This document shows, in pieces, positions 1-12,000 of a DNA stretch of 64,000 nt. Location: assembly GCA_001938485.1 (NCBI GenBank), contig MQRK01220805.1, positions 74,757 through 138,756 of the forward strand, in the 5' to 3' direction. This DNA comes from Girardia tigrina (Eukaryota). Position 1 is the first letter of the stretch. Each line of letters opens with the position of its first letter. The notes beneath the pieces were generated by a model. It did not search any database, was not told where the DNA came from, and saw nothing but the letters and a program-made list of their open reading frames with translations. The position numbers and the translations under genes were made by a program.

Positions 1-59
1 GTATTTTACGATGTAATTTTTTTAAAGATAAATATTTTTTTCGTGACACGACAAACGTG

Positions 60-683
60 CGAAAATGATTTACTACCATAATTTCAGTCAGAGAAAAGAT
101 TTCTGCATTTATCCCAAAGCTTTTGCATCGGAGACAAAAAGCTGAACAAAACAAAATAGCTATCTTTTCCAACTAAGCCTTGTTTTTGGAAGATTGTGAA
201 GAAATTACTTTTAATGTTGTTTAGAAAACATTTTAACAATATCTTAAGAAACTCAAAAAACGATTTTCTGAATACTTTCCAGATCTTGATTTACATACTG
301 TCAGTAGGGTTGTTGATCCATTTAAATGTGAAACTGCTGATATAACAGAAGATCCTCAAGGATTGGCAGAATCGCTTATTGAATTTCAATCAAATTCTGA
401 TGAGCGCAGTGAATTTGATATTAAAGTAAATTTATCATAATTTTGGATGTAAAAACAATGAAAGGCTTTTAGAATTGTACACGAAGAAGAGGTAAAAAAG
501 TTATTGCCTTTTGCAAAAACCTATCTTTGTGAACAGGAATTTTCTGTTTTAACAAATATAAAATCAAAGAAGAGAAATCGTTTGAATACTGAGGATTGTA
601 TTCAGATTGCTTTAACTTCAATTTGTCCAGATATTGATGGTGTTGTATCAAAACAGAAACAATTTCATTTTGTCAAACCATAA
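60..683 (+). pseudogene. Decayed hAT (Buster/Charlie, ZBED8/FAM200-like) transposase C-terminus
   Basis: Manual translation with stops: ...KRFSEYFPD...VVDPF...LLPFAKTYLCEQEFSVLTNIKSKKRNRLNTEDCIQIALTSICPDID..., matching the hAT dimerisation motif LLPFxTTYLCExxFSxLxxIKxKxRNRL. Confidence 0.8.
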
Positions 684-799
684 ATGGCATAAACCTTATA
701 AAGTTTTGTGAATACATATTTGTTCTTTGTTATTATATGATTTATTTATTCATATTTATTAAATATTAAAATTTATTAAAAGGAGAGAGGAAATGATTA

Positions 800-1000
800 A
801 ATTACAAAAATCATATTGAGGTAATGGAGGTAAAAATTCCCTGATCCCAGTTCTAGAATGTCACCATTTATACTCCATCCCGATACAGCACAAAATAATC
901 TTGCTGCACAATCCCTATAATTCTTTTTTTGATTGGGAGTTTTGACCACTTAAATACTGTACCATCTTTAATTCGTTTAAACTTTGTTCTTGTTTAACAG
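800..1000 (-). CDS. Possible 3' exons of the host gene (963..1000 and ~800..914)
   Basis: AG|(A)VKQEQSLNELKM|GT, then a 48-bp GT-AG intron (915..962), then an open frame GLCSKIILCAVSGW... The phase does not join directly to exon 5471..5584, so this is tentative. Confidence 0.3.
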
Positions 1001-2584
1001 CTTTTATAAAAAACCGAAACGCGGGATGAAACTAATTTAAATAATGGAAAACTATTATGTATTCCTTCTAAGTTATTGTTCATCTTAAACCATTAAGTAC
1101 CAGATTTTTTTTTCGAACTATGTCATCTTAGACTTTTTGAATGCCAATGACTCAATATCTCCGCATCTAATTTTCGTAGATGAAAGATAACACGTGAGGT
1201 AATAGGGCGAAATGCTTACTAGTAGATAATGACTAAACTTTCTTTAACTTTCTTTTCTTTAAACTTTCTAACTTTAACTGTTTTCGAAAAACACGTGTTT
1301 TATCTGAAAGCTTAATTTAAAAAGCAATTTGTTATTTTTTAGGTTATTTTCAAAAAAAATATTTTCGAAAAAAAGTGCATTTCAAGAATTTATCGTTCGA
1401 AAAAATTGTTTTAGAAAATTATGATTTCGAAGATTTCGAAAAATTATGATTTCAGATACAAAAAAATTACATATTTCACAAAAGTTTACAGTTTTTAATT
1501 AAAGAACGCGAGAGTGACAAATTTAATTTAATTTAGTGATTTTCACGATTATAAAGCTGAGAACTTTTCGCCCTAACAACCCTTTCAACCGTTCAGGCAT
1601 TAAAACTTGCTTTTCTTTAAAAACTAAAGTAGGCAGTTCTTTTTGTTGCATCGTATATATTTTCCATTCGATGAATAATTTAAAATTTAAAATTTTGCAA
1701 AAAGTAAATAATTATGTAAGACAAAAACAGTTTAAAATCTAAATAATCTAAAAGTTGATATATTCAGTAGAATTTTTTTAAATAAAAACTTTAAAAGAAA
1801 TAATAAAATAAATAAAAAATATTGCGTAAATTTATAATATAAAGCTACTACAAAAGTATTTTTAAGAAATTAAATAGTTTTTTTACAAATTAATTTTAAA
1901 ATTAGATGTTTATATAAATGGAAAAATTAATTGTACTGTGCTTGGAATTTATTTTAAAATACATAAGAGTTAGATTAAATAAAAATTTCAAAAAATAGAA
2001 TGGATTTAATAATAAATATTTTTCAAGTTTTACAAATTCATTGCATTTTAATTAATGGAATAAATCAATTTTATTTGTAATATAATTTTATAAATGTATT
2101 TTAAAAATAATAAAAAAAGTTTGAATTAATAAAAATTTCAAAAATGTTATAGAATTATTTTTAATTGTTTTAATTGTTTTAATTTTTTAATTAGTTTTAA
2201 TTGTTTTAATTTTTAATTAGTTTTAATTGTTTTTAATTATTTTTAATTAAATTATTTTTAAGTTAAAAATATTTTTACAAATTAATTAGATTTTATTAGA
2301 AATGAAATAAATTAATAGTATGTGTAATATAATCTCTTCTAATTTTATTTTAAGAAGTAATAAAAAACTTGATTAAATAAAATTTCAAAAAAAGTTAAAT
2401 TGATAAAATTTAACTTAGAATAAAATTTATGGGACGAAACGAAAATTTTAATTAACGAAAACTAGTTTGAAAATCTCTAGTTGCGATAGTAATAAAATTT
2501 TGGTGTTGAGTTACGCCCTTTGAATCTATTGATAATGAAAGTGGTATAAACGCTACTTATATATACTAGTATAATAGTGATTTT

Positions 2585-2689
2585 AGTTAAATCTCCAGGT
2601 TTCACTTCAGGATTCATAATATCAACTAATAGAATTTATTAATTATTTAAAATCTTTTTAGAATACTTAAACAAATAATAATCACAACT
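2585..2689 (-). repeat. 3' LTR (105 bp, AGT...ACT termini)
   Basis: Direct repeat of 4788..4892, adjacent to the polypurine tract at 2690..2701. Confidence 0.93.
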
Positions 2690-4787
2690 TTCCCCTCTTT
2701 TATAATTCGTTATTCACTTTCTTAATCCACTCAACTCTTCGAAGAATTATTTTTCCATCTTTCAAATTCTGTAGTTCCAAATGGTGTGGCTATATATGTC
2801 TTAAAATTTGGTACGGTCCATCGAATGGGAAGGTGTCCTTTCTCAGTTTTGTAGGATCTTGTTTTACAAAGACTTTCTGACCATCCTCAAAATGTCGATT
2901 TGTTCTCTTCTCTCTCTCCCAATTCTCCATTCGTCTTGCCGCTTTCTCTAAATTTTCTCTTACCTTCATCTTGATCACGTTGCTCTCTTCCGTTTTAGCT
3001 ATTCCTGCTGTCGCATGTAAGTTTATTTTTCTACCAAACACAATTTCGAAGGGCGAATATCCGGTCGTACTCTGAACTGTTGCATTTAGACAGATCATTT
3101 GTCTGTGTCTCCTCTGCTTGTTAATATCATGTCTCTCACTGTTCGAATAGTTCTTTCTGCCAACCCGTTTGATTGATGTTGAAATGGGCTACTAAATCTT
3201 TGTTCGATTCCATATTTCCTGCAAAAATCTTTAAATTTTCCGCCAGTAAAACATTTTCCATTGTCTGTTAATATTGTTTTTGGCTTCCCATATCTATATA
3301 TCCATTTTATCAACACGCATTGAACTATGGTGTCTTCGTTTTGAGTTCTAATCTCTGTCAAAAAGACCAATTTCGAAAACTGGTCCACCATGACCAATAG
3401 ATATGGGTACATGCTACTCTTGTCACCTACATATGCGATATCCATCAGGACTTGCTCTAAAAACTGGACACTTCTTATTGGAATTAACTTCTCTTTTGTT
3501 TTTTCACTTGGAATTTTTCTGCGTATACATTCCTGAGATTCTCCTATAACGATTTGCACCTTTTTCGCTAAATCTGGTAGTATAAAATGATTTCTGATGT
3601 AATTCTTTGTCTTTTTGATACCTACATGACATAAATCTCTGTGTATTTTCCTGATGAAATCTCTTCTAATTTGCTTCGGAACCAATGGTAACACAATTTC
3701 CTTCTTGCCTACCCCATAGCCCATTCTGATAAATTAATTGGTCCTTTAGTTGTAATAACTCCATGGTGATTTCATTCTTTTCACCCTCTGCCATCTCCTG
3801 TATTTGTTTCAACTGGTTCAACTCTGAGCACTTTTCTTGTTCGTCTTTTATCCATTGAATTGTAGACTGAATCACCACTGTATTGATGTGTTTCACCCTT
3901 GCTTTTGTTTATTTTGGTTCTTCGTGTTTTGTTTCACACTGTGTACAAACGTCGTCGTATAGCCGTGATAATCCATCTGCCTTTCCATGTTCGTCACCTT
4001 TTCTATACTTCAAATCAAAGTCTAAATCAGCCATATTTGCTAACCATGTCTGGAATTGAATAGTTATTGGTTTGGAAGTACTCCTCATATACACCAGTGC
4101 TTTATGATCAGTTCTTGCTGTAAATCGCTTGACATATAAATATTGCTTGAAATGTAACATGAACTCTTGTAAAGCTAATAGTTCCTTTCTTGTCACACAG
4201 TACCCTTTTTCATGTGTGGTTAAAGTCCTCAATGCATACGCGATTACTACTTCTTTCTATTCTGCTATCTGACTAAGAACTGCTCATATCGATCCGAATG
4301 ATGCATCTGTGTCTAAGATGAAATTATTATTCGGATTCACAAATGCTAATATTGGTGCACCACATAGCTTTTGCTTCAATTCGTTAAAACTTCTGTCGCA
4401 CTCGTCTAACCAAAATATTTCTTTACATTTTCCGCTGCATGCACTGTGCAACGGTGCTGCTAATTCTGCGTAATTCTTGATAAATCGTCGATAGTAGTTA
4501 CACAGACCTAAAAATGCTCGTAAATTTCGAGTACACTTTGGAATCGGAAAATTTTGAATTTCTGCCACTTTCAATTTATTTGTTGAGATACCTTCTTTGT
4601 TAATTGTAAGTCCCAGAAATACCAACTCCCAACTCAGAATTCGCATTTCCATGGGTTGACTTTTAAACCTGCTTTCTTCAGTCTATTCAGTACTTCTTCA
4701 TTTTTTTCTCGAGGGTTTCCTTAAAGATTGATGGAAGTTCTAGTTTAGTAAGCCTCAAAACTTTATTAGAACACCAGCGTGATCGCC

Positions 4788-4892
4788 AGTTAAATCTCCA
4801 GGTTTCACTTCAGGATTCATAATATCAACTAATAGAATTTATTAATTATTTAAGATCTTTTTAGAATACTTAAACAAATAATAATCACAACT
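4788..4892 (-). repeat. 5' LTR (105 bp) followed by the primer-binding site
   Basis: Direct repeat of 2585..2689. Minus-strand TGGCGATCACGC follows immediately and is complementary to a tRNA 3' CCA end. Confidence 0.93.
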
Positions 4893-5470
4893 ATTTTAAA
4901 TTTTGATAGTGGCAAAAATATTAGTTTGCCGGAATATCTGATGATTACAAGACAAATAGATTCGGATTAAAAATGGGAACAAATCAATCAAAAATTTCTT
5001 CGTAACTCGTGTGGAGAATCATCTGATTTTGTGAAAATCCGTGACTAGTTCCCTGTCGACTACAACGATTATTGTGCAGTTGTTGGATTCAAGTCGCTGA
5101 GCCAGTCATCATGGTTTATGAGAGCGGCTGATGTTTCAGAACTCCAAACAAATATTATTTTCTCAAGAAGAACTTTTCGATAAATAATTATGAGATGATT
5201 TGACTCGTTGGAGAATCTAGAGATGTGTTTACTCGTTGCCGAAATAATTACCGAGAAGACCAGGGTGGTTAAGTTCTACAAACTCAATTTGATGTCATTA
5301 AATGAATGGAAAATTAATATTATTCTGACGAATATTGCAATTAATGATTTTTTGAAAGAAATACATGATTGCCAATCAAAATAACTTAGATTATATTATC
5401 ATATTACTTTAATATTATCTCAAAAGTAATAAAACTAAATTAATACCCAATAAGTAAAATATTTTTTTAC

Positions 5471-5826
5471 CTGGAAGTCAACTAAACTTTGTATTTCTTC
5501 TTCAAGAGCTTTAATCATATCTTGCTTAATAGTTACATTTATGGAATTACTTTCCAGTTCTTCTTGAAGTCTATCACAGTTTTCCTATGACATGAATATG
5601 TAAATAATGCCAGAAAGAAAATTTATCATTAACCTTTAGTTTGGCTTTTTCTTTACTAGACTCAGTAAAAAAATCCTGAACTTTAAGTATTTCTTCGCGC
5701 ATTTCATTCCATTCAAAATCAGTCATTTTATGCATTTCAGATATATTCTAAAGGACAATTAAAATAACTAATATTATTCAGATTTCGAACTTTTGTGTTG
5801 AATTCCTGTAAAATTTCCAGAGTAAC
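5471..5826 (-). CDS. Host exons 5791-5826, 5634-5747, 5471-5584 (coiled coil)
   Basis: VTLEILQEFNTK|NISEMHKMTDFEWNEMREEILKVQDFFTESSKEKAKLK|ENCDRLQEELESNSINVTIKQDMIKALEEEIQSLVDFQ, with 43- and 49-bp GT-AG introns, all phase 0. Confidence 0.85.
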
Positions 5827-6008
5827 CTGAAAATGATTTGTTTCTACGATTTCAAAAATAAAGTCACTTAAAATATGAATGAAATCAAAGAGAATTTTCT
5901 GATTATTTTGAATTGCCTAAAAATTAAAACAATTCGTAAAATTATTTGTAGTTATATTAAAATACTTAGTTATATTTTACAATAAAAGTGAAGATATTTT
6001 TTGTAAAA

Positions 6009-6043
<35 letters not shown>

Positions 6044-9000
6044 TAGGGGACAAATTAATAGTTGACACCATAAAATTTTAGGTTATTTACAAAAACATTT
6101 GCTTAAATGTTTCAAATTCACATGTGCATATAAAATTTCTTACTTTTACAAGGAAAGAGATATTAAAAGACAGTAACAACTGCTTAATACTTTTTATTTC
6201 CAAGATTCAAAAGAAATTTACATAATGAATATCCGTTTAATAAATAATACATTAATGTCAAAATTTGGTATTACCACCTTTTACTGCAATAATGGCTTGT
6301 AGCCACTGTGGCATTGACTCAATCAACTTTCCACAGGTATCCGTAATAGAAATATCCATAATCCAAGCAGGTAAGAGAGAGATGACGAATCCTTCTTTAG
6401 TGGGGATTGTTTCCTCTCGTAACATGTGCTTTACAATAGCCCAGAGGGTCTCAATCGGGTGATGTCTGGAATATTGCCGGCCATGATAAAACTGGAACAT
6501 GATTGGCGTCGAGGCATTGCCTGGATTTCCTGCTGATGTGGCAAGGTGTCCCATCTTGCATAAACATAAAATCACCAGTAGGATACCACTCGTGAGCTTG
6601 GGGAATCATCTAAGTTATGAGAACTTACACATATTGGTCGAAGTTCATAATTTTCTCTACAACATACAACCTGCTAAAATTTTTTGCACTCATCATGGAC
6701 CACACCATTATCTTTTTAGGGAATTTTACTGTGGGTCTTGTGGGGATTGACCTACCACTTTAATGCCAGACACGAGGCGTAGATGCTGCTTCACACTGAA
6801 AGGAGGACTCGTCTGAAAAACAAACTTTTGACCAATTATCGACACTCCAACCAGCATGATCATTGACCCACTGGAGACGTTTCTTGTGCATTGCAGCAGT
6901 CAGTAAAGGATTAGGAACAGGTTTTACACTCATAATTCCTTGTTCCTTGAGTCTACGTTGCACTGATTTGTAAGACTAGTTTTGTTTTGATGTGTCTAAA
7001 AATAGGTTAAAATTTAGTGTAGGAATTTTCATCTCAAATATCAACTTTAAGTTGGCTGCAAATTGTTATCTTTCTCATATGTCTATATTACCCTGTAAAA
7101 AATAGAGCGATAGAGTTAAGGTGGCATTTTCTCAAATGGTAATTCATAGCTGTCAATGTTTGATTTGTAAGAATAGAATTAATCGCGTTTAGTATATTTA
7201 TACTTAATTTAATCAATAGGTTACGGTGTCTCATTAATAATGATTCACAGAAATGTCGCTCATAAAGTGAATCAAAGTCCTTTTGTAAAACAGAAAACTC
7301 ATCAAGTGAAACAGAAGAGATTCTATTTGTACAATGCAACCAGTTGTTAAGAACCTTACTCGATCGAATCGGCTTTAAATGCTCACTAATTAGGGTTTCG
7401 AGATAACGATAACAACATACATCTCTACAAAACGAGTCCAAAAGCACAGTCAAAGAGGGGGAAAGAGTAATATTGCTGAGCATAAAAATGAGTAATTGTA
7501 ACACGAGCATAAATGATTTTAAGATTTTTTACAAGCATATTAAAAATTATTGGGAAATAGTGTCATGTGAGGCATAGTTGATAAGATCATGTGATCAAAA
7601 AATCAATGTTCAAACAGCACTCTCAACTAATTTGTTAAGAGTTTTCGATTAGTTTACGCAAGTGATTGCATATTCGTTCATTTCTTATATAAAACCAATT
7701 AAAAAGAACATAATCAGTGATCTGATGATGACGGTTAAACCGTCGAAATATATTACAAAAAATATATTTTTAAATGGCATTCGTTTGTTTTTCATTTTAA
7801 ATAATCTATTTTTTCATACGTAAAATTTAACCTCAATAAATTTTATAATTGATTTTTAGAAAACGTTATGCATTACTTGATACAAATTTAAAAATAAAAT
7901 TAAAAAAGAACCTCTTGTAATTCTCGAAACTCTTCATATTTTTCAAGGTCGGTCACTAAAAATTTACTTTTTAACAGTATAACACTTTCGCCAACAGTTT
8001 GAGTGCTGTTGTCATTATAAGATACCTGAAATTTTATAATAATAATGTTAAAAATATTCAGTAATATACTTCATTGGATTCTAATGAAATGCTTCGATGT
8101 TTTGATTTATGTAAGGACACATATTTCTGTATTTTTTTCTTTTCTGATGACGAATCAGCAGAATCTTTAATGTTCGTACTAAAAAATAAAAATTTAAATA
8201 TACAATGGAGTAAATGTATAGTCTTGTAAAATATATGGTAATGGATTGTAGTGCCTTAAAGATTTCGTAATATATTGGTGGTGAAAAGATTAAGTCATTC
8301 ATTTGAACAAGCGACATTTATTTTTTTAATAGGCGAGGTTATTGATTTTCAATTATTGAAACACTAGAAAATTCTCATTTACTTGCCATTCAATTATTTC
8401 TGATTCAAAACAAAAAATAGTGCAATTCACAGCATTCATATGGTTCAAAATGGAGTCAATGAATACAATTCCCATGATTGTTTCATTCCATGTGCTTCAA
8501 GAAGCCCTGATCTATATTACAAAGAAAATATTTGGCATTTACTAGTAAGTAAAGTATGAAATCTTTAGAACTAAAGTAAAAGTTTATTGCTAATTTACTA
8601 ATACAAATACTTATGTCATTCATCAAAGTATGCACCCATATTATCAACACTTTTGCCATTTGAGAGGTAGCTCGTTGAAAAAAAATTGGTAGGCGAGAAT
8701 CTATAAATAACTGGAAGGATATCTTTGGAATTAAATTTTATTCCTATCAAAAAGTTGTTGAAATTAAGGAAGAAATGGTAACCAGTTAGGGATAGGTCTG
8801 GTGAGTATGGGGGAGAATTCAAAATTTCTTACTCAAGTTCCTGTAGTTTTGTCGCGGTCTTAAGTGCAGTATGTAGTTTTACATTGCCATGAAGCAAGAT
8901 GGGAGTCGACCTGTTTACCAAACACGGCTGTTTTTCATTGAGTTTCCGCATCATGTCTTCCAATCAGTTGCAGTAAAAATCTCATGTAATCGACAATCGA

Positions 9001-12000
9001 AGTTTCATGAAGTCATAATGGATTACACCTGCGGAAGACAACCAAACAATCACCATCAGATTTTTTATGAATGTTGTGTGTTGGACTGTGTTTTGGTGTT
9101 AGGTTGTCAATCGTTGTCTTAGAGAGGTAAACACTTGGTTGAAAGCACGGGTGGGCAAACTAAGAGACTGTGTAAAATATGGAGGTGCTGTACCTAAATC
9201 GGATTCTCTACGGCGTATACAAACACACCTCATACATACAATCTTTCTACATTGATTAAAGGCTCTTAACGTTTTACTAGGGCTATTTGCAAAATAAAAA
9301 TAAATTAATTTTCAAAAATATAAATAAAAAATATCTCCCTCATCATGACCATCTCTACGAGCGAACTAGTACATTTTAAGGTCAGTAGTGTGAATCGAGA
9401 TAAATATCAAGAAGTTCTTTCTGAACTCGTCCACCACTTTCCTTTCATCAAACATTATCTGATACATGAAAACGCTTCTATTCACACAGGCATTGTCACT
9501 CTGAACCAGATATTTTCTCTTAACACAGTAGATAAAATTGTAAGGAAATGAACACAATCAAATTTTAATTAAACATTTTTTTATTTTGAATTCAGCAGAG
9601 TGCGACAGTTTAGTATCAGCTGTACACGAAAATAAAAGAAATCATACTCTGGAGTACGCGGCCTCTTTATTCTGTCTATAGAGCGATTGAGATTTTCGAT
9701 ATCGACATTGTGTTGTGATCGTTCTAATTCCCATTCAAATTGCTGTTGGTCAATAAATCTTCGATCAGCTTCAATCTTTCTTTCTAGTATCTCAATTTGT
9801 TGGTTTAGAGCATTAATATCTTCATTGTATTTTTTCTGCATATTCTCATGATTACCTAACAGATCGTTATATGAATTTTCAGATTCTTCTAATCTTTTCC
9901 TCTCTCTAGCCATTTGTCGAGCATATTCTCTATCAACACTCTCTAATTCAGATTGTAGTTTTTGTTTAGCTTCAAAAAGAGCTAGAATAATACGTCAATT
10001 AATAATGCAATTAAACAAAAAATATTATTAATATAAACCACTGAACATGAAATAAAATGTAAGCTGGCAACTCCGGATACGACTAATAACATAAACAAAA
10101 GGCTACTTTTTTAACCTTCCGATATCTGTATACTTGAATTAAACTAATTCATTACAATCGCCTATGTAAACCAGTATTCAATCAACAGATATATTCATTC
10201 TAAACATTTAACATTTAATGTTAAATTAAATTCTTAATGTAAATTACAAAATCATGATATCTTAAATTATTTAATTATTCAATATATGAATTTTTGAAAT
10301 GCACATTTTAAGAGTCGAAATAATAAAGAAATTAAATATAAAATAAAATTATGTACATAACAAGTCTTATGTTTCTTATATTCATTGAAGTAGAAATAAG
10401 TCCAAAACTTTCCCAATAGATGGTTTTAATAATTCATCCGCGTGTACGCTGGATGACATTTGAAAGATTTAGTACTAAACATTTTTAGACGGTGTTGTGC
10501 TTGTTTGATTCACTACTGTTTTTAGTGCGTATTAAAGATTGATATAACCAAAGAGAAAATGTGCCATGTTTTACAGTTTATCTTTAATGATGACGAAAAT
10601 CCAAGCCAGGATGCTTAATTTATGAACAATATTTATGGTCCTGCAACTGTAACAGGTAATCATGCGAAATTTTGCTTTTGCTAACTATGCTAAAGAACTT
10701 CGATTTCGTGTAAAAATAATGAATTTTGTTTTATTAAACATTACATTTTAACATATGTTTATACTACATAATATAATTATAAAGAAAATATATATAATGT
10801 ACAAAGATCTTAGATCTTTGTCATTAAGAAGTTTAAATACAAAGTTCCTGAATTCTTGTTTACACATTTAATCTGGATATTGATTTTTAAAACAATATAT
10901 TATACAATGTTGAAAAATATTAAGTTATTAATACTATCGGAGTTAAGTTTAATTAAACGTAAAATTTTCAAAAAAATTTATCCGAAATTGCCATAAATCA
11001 AAGTAAAATTATCAAACATATGTTTTCTTGCATATATGAAACAAAATTGCCGAGAAGAGACCATTGGTTATTGGTATCTGTATGATAAAAGAGAATATAC
11101 ATTAAAGAATAATAGAATACTCTATCATTAATGAATTATTATGTTGAAGCAAAAACAAAAAAAATATTTATAACAATTTGAAAAAAATCTTTGTGTTATT
11201 TATAAAATATATGGCATTGATAAAATCTTTAACATACTCCAAGCAACACACAATTGACAAATTTACATTTTCCTATTCGAATCTCAATTGTAACCGATAG
11301 AAACTATTCATTTATGGAAGAAAATAAAAATAATCAAACTAATTATGGGAGGCAGAATAATTTTAACAAAAAAATATTTTCAGCAAAGGAACTAATTTCA
11401 ACAAATAAATTAATTTCAACGGGTTAGGTTTATGGTTAGGGTTAGAGTTAGGCATAGGGGAATTTCAAGTTCATTTGTTGAATTTAATTTTTTTGTTGAA
11501 ATTAATTCAGCAACCCCTAATTACGGCTTGTAAAAGTATTGTGAAATTAAATGAAGGTTTTATATTAATTTTAACACTAAAATTAGTTCATAAATACTGT
11601 GATCGTTCGATCATCTACAATCACCACAACGCAAATTATTCATTGTCTTGAAGATCACAAACAATAAATAAGATAAGCAACCACTTAATTGCAGTTCTTT
11701 GAATATAAATTATTTTTATCATTAATGAAGATTTTTTTAATCTATTTCTGAAATTTGGTCTCAAAATTCAAAATAAATTGTATTAGTTAAATGTATAATA
11801 CAGTAGCGGACACATTATTATAACCACATGATATTTTCATGTTTTTTTAGGTTTTCTCATTATTTATAAGGTTATTAGCAAATGCAGTCATAGTTTTGAT
11901 ACTTTCTGTGTTTGTTTTATCACCCCATCAGAAAATGTGAAAACTTTTAAACCTTATACTGAAAAATTACCACAATTCTATTAGAAAATGATCAAAATAT

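Larger units (their letters stand above)
2585..4892 (-). mobile_element. Internally deleted Ty3/Gypsy LTR retrotransposon (RT end, RNase H, integrase)
   Basis: Two 105-bp LTRs (2585..2689, 4788..4892) differing at about 1 nt. 5-bp TSD ATTTT. PBS TGGCGATCACG next to the 5' LTR and PPT AAAAGAGGGGAA next to the 3' LTR. Frameshifted pol fragments: FLGLCNYYRRFI/DTDAS (RT/RNase H), TDHKAL, and an integrase with HHCC, LTDNG and NGLAER. Confidence 0.95.

Noticed and set aside
1740-2460. Extreme AT tracts with TTTTAATTG-type repeats (also 25560-26400, 53900-54260)
   Set aside because: Low-complexity sequence without stable periodicity or defined ends.
7088-7510. 140-aa minus-strand ORF
   Set aside because: Antisense shadow of the Penelope remnant, with no recognisable motifs.
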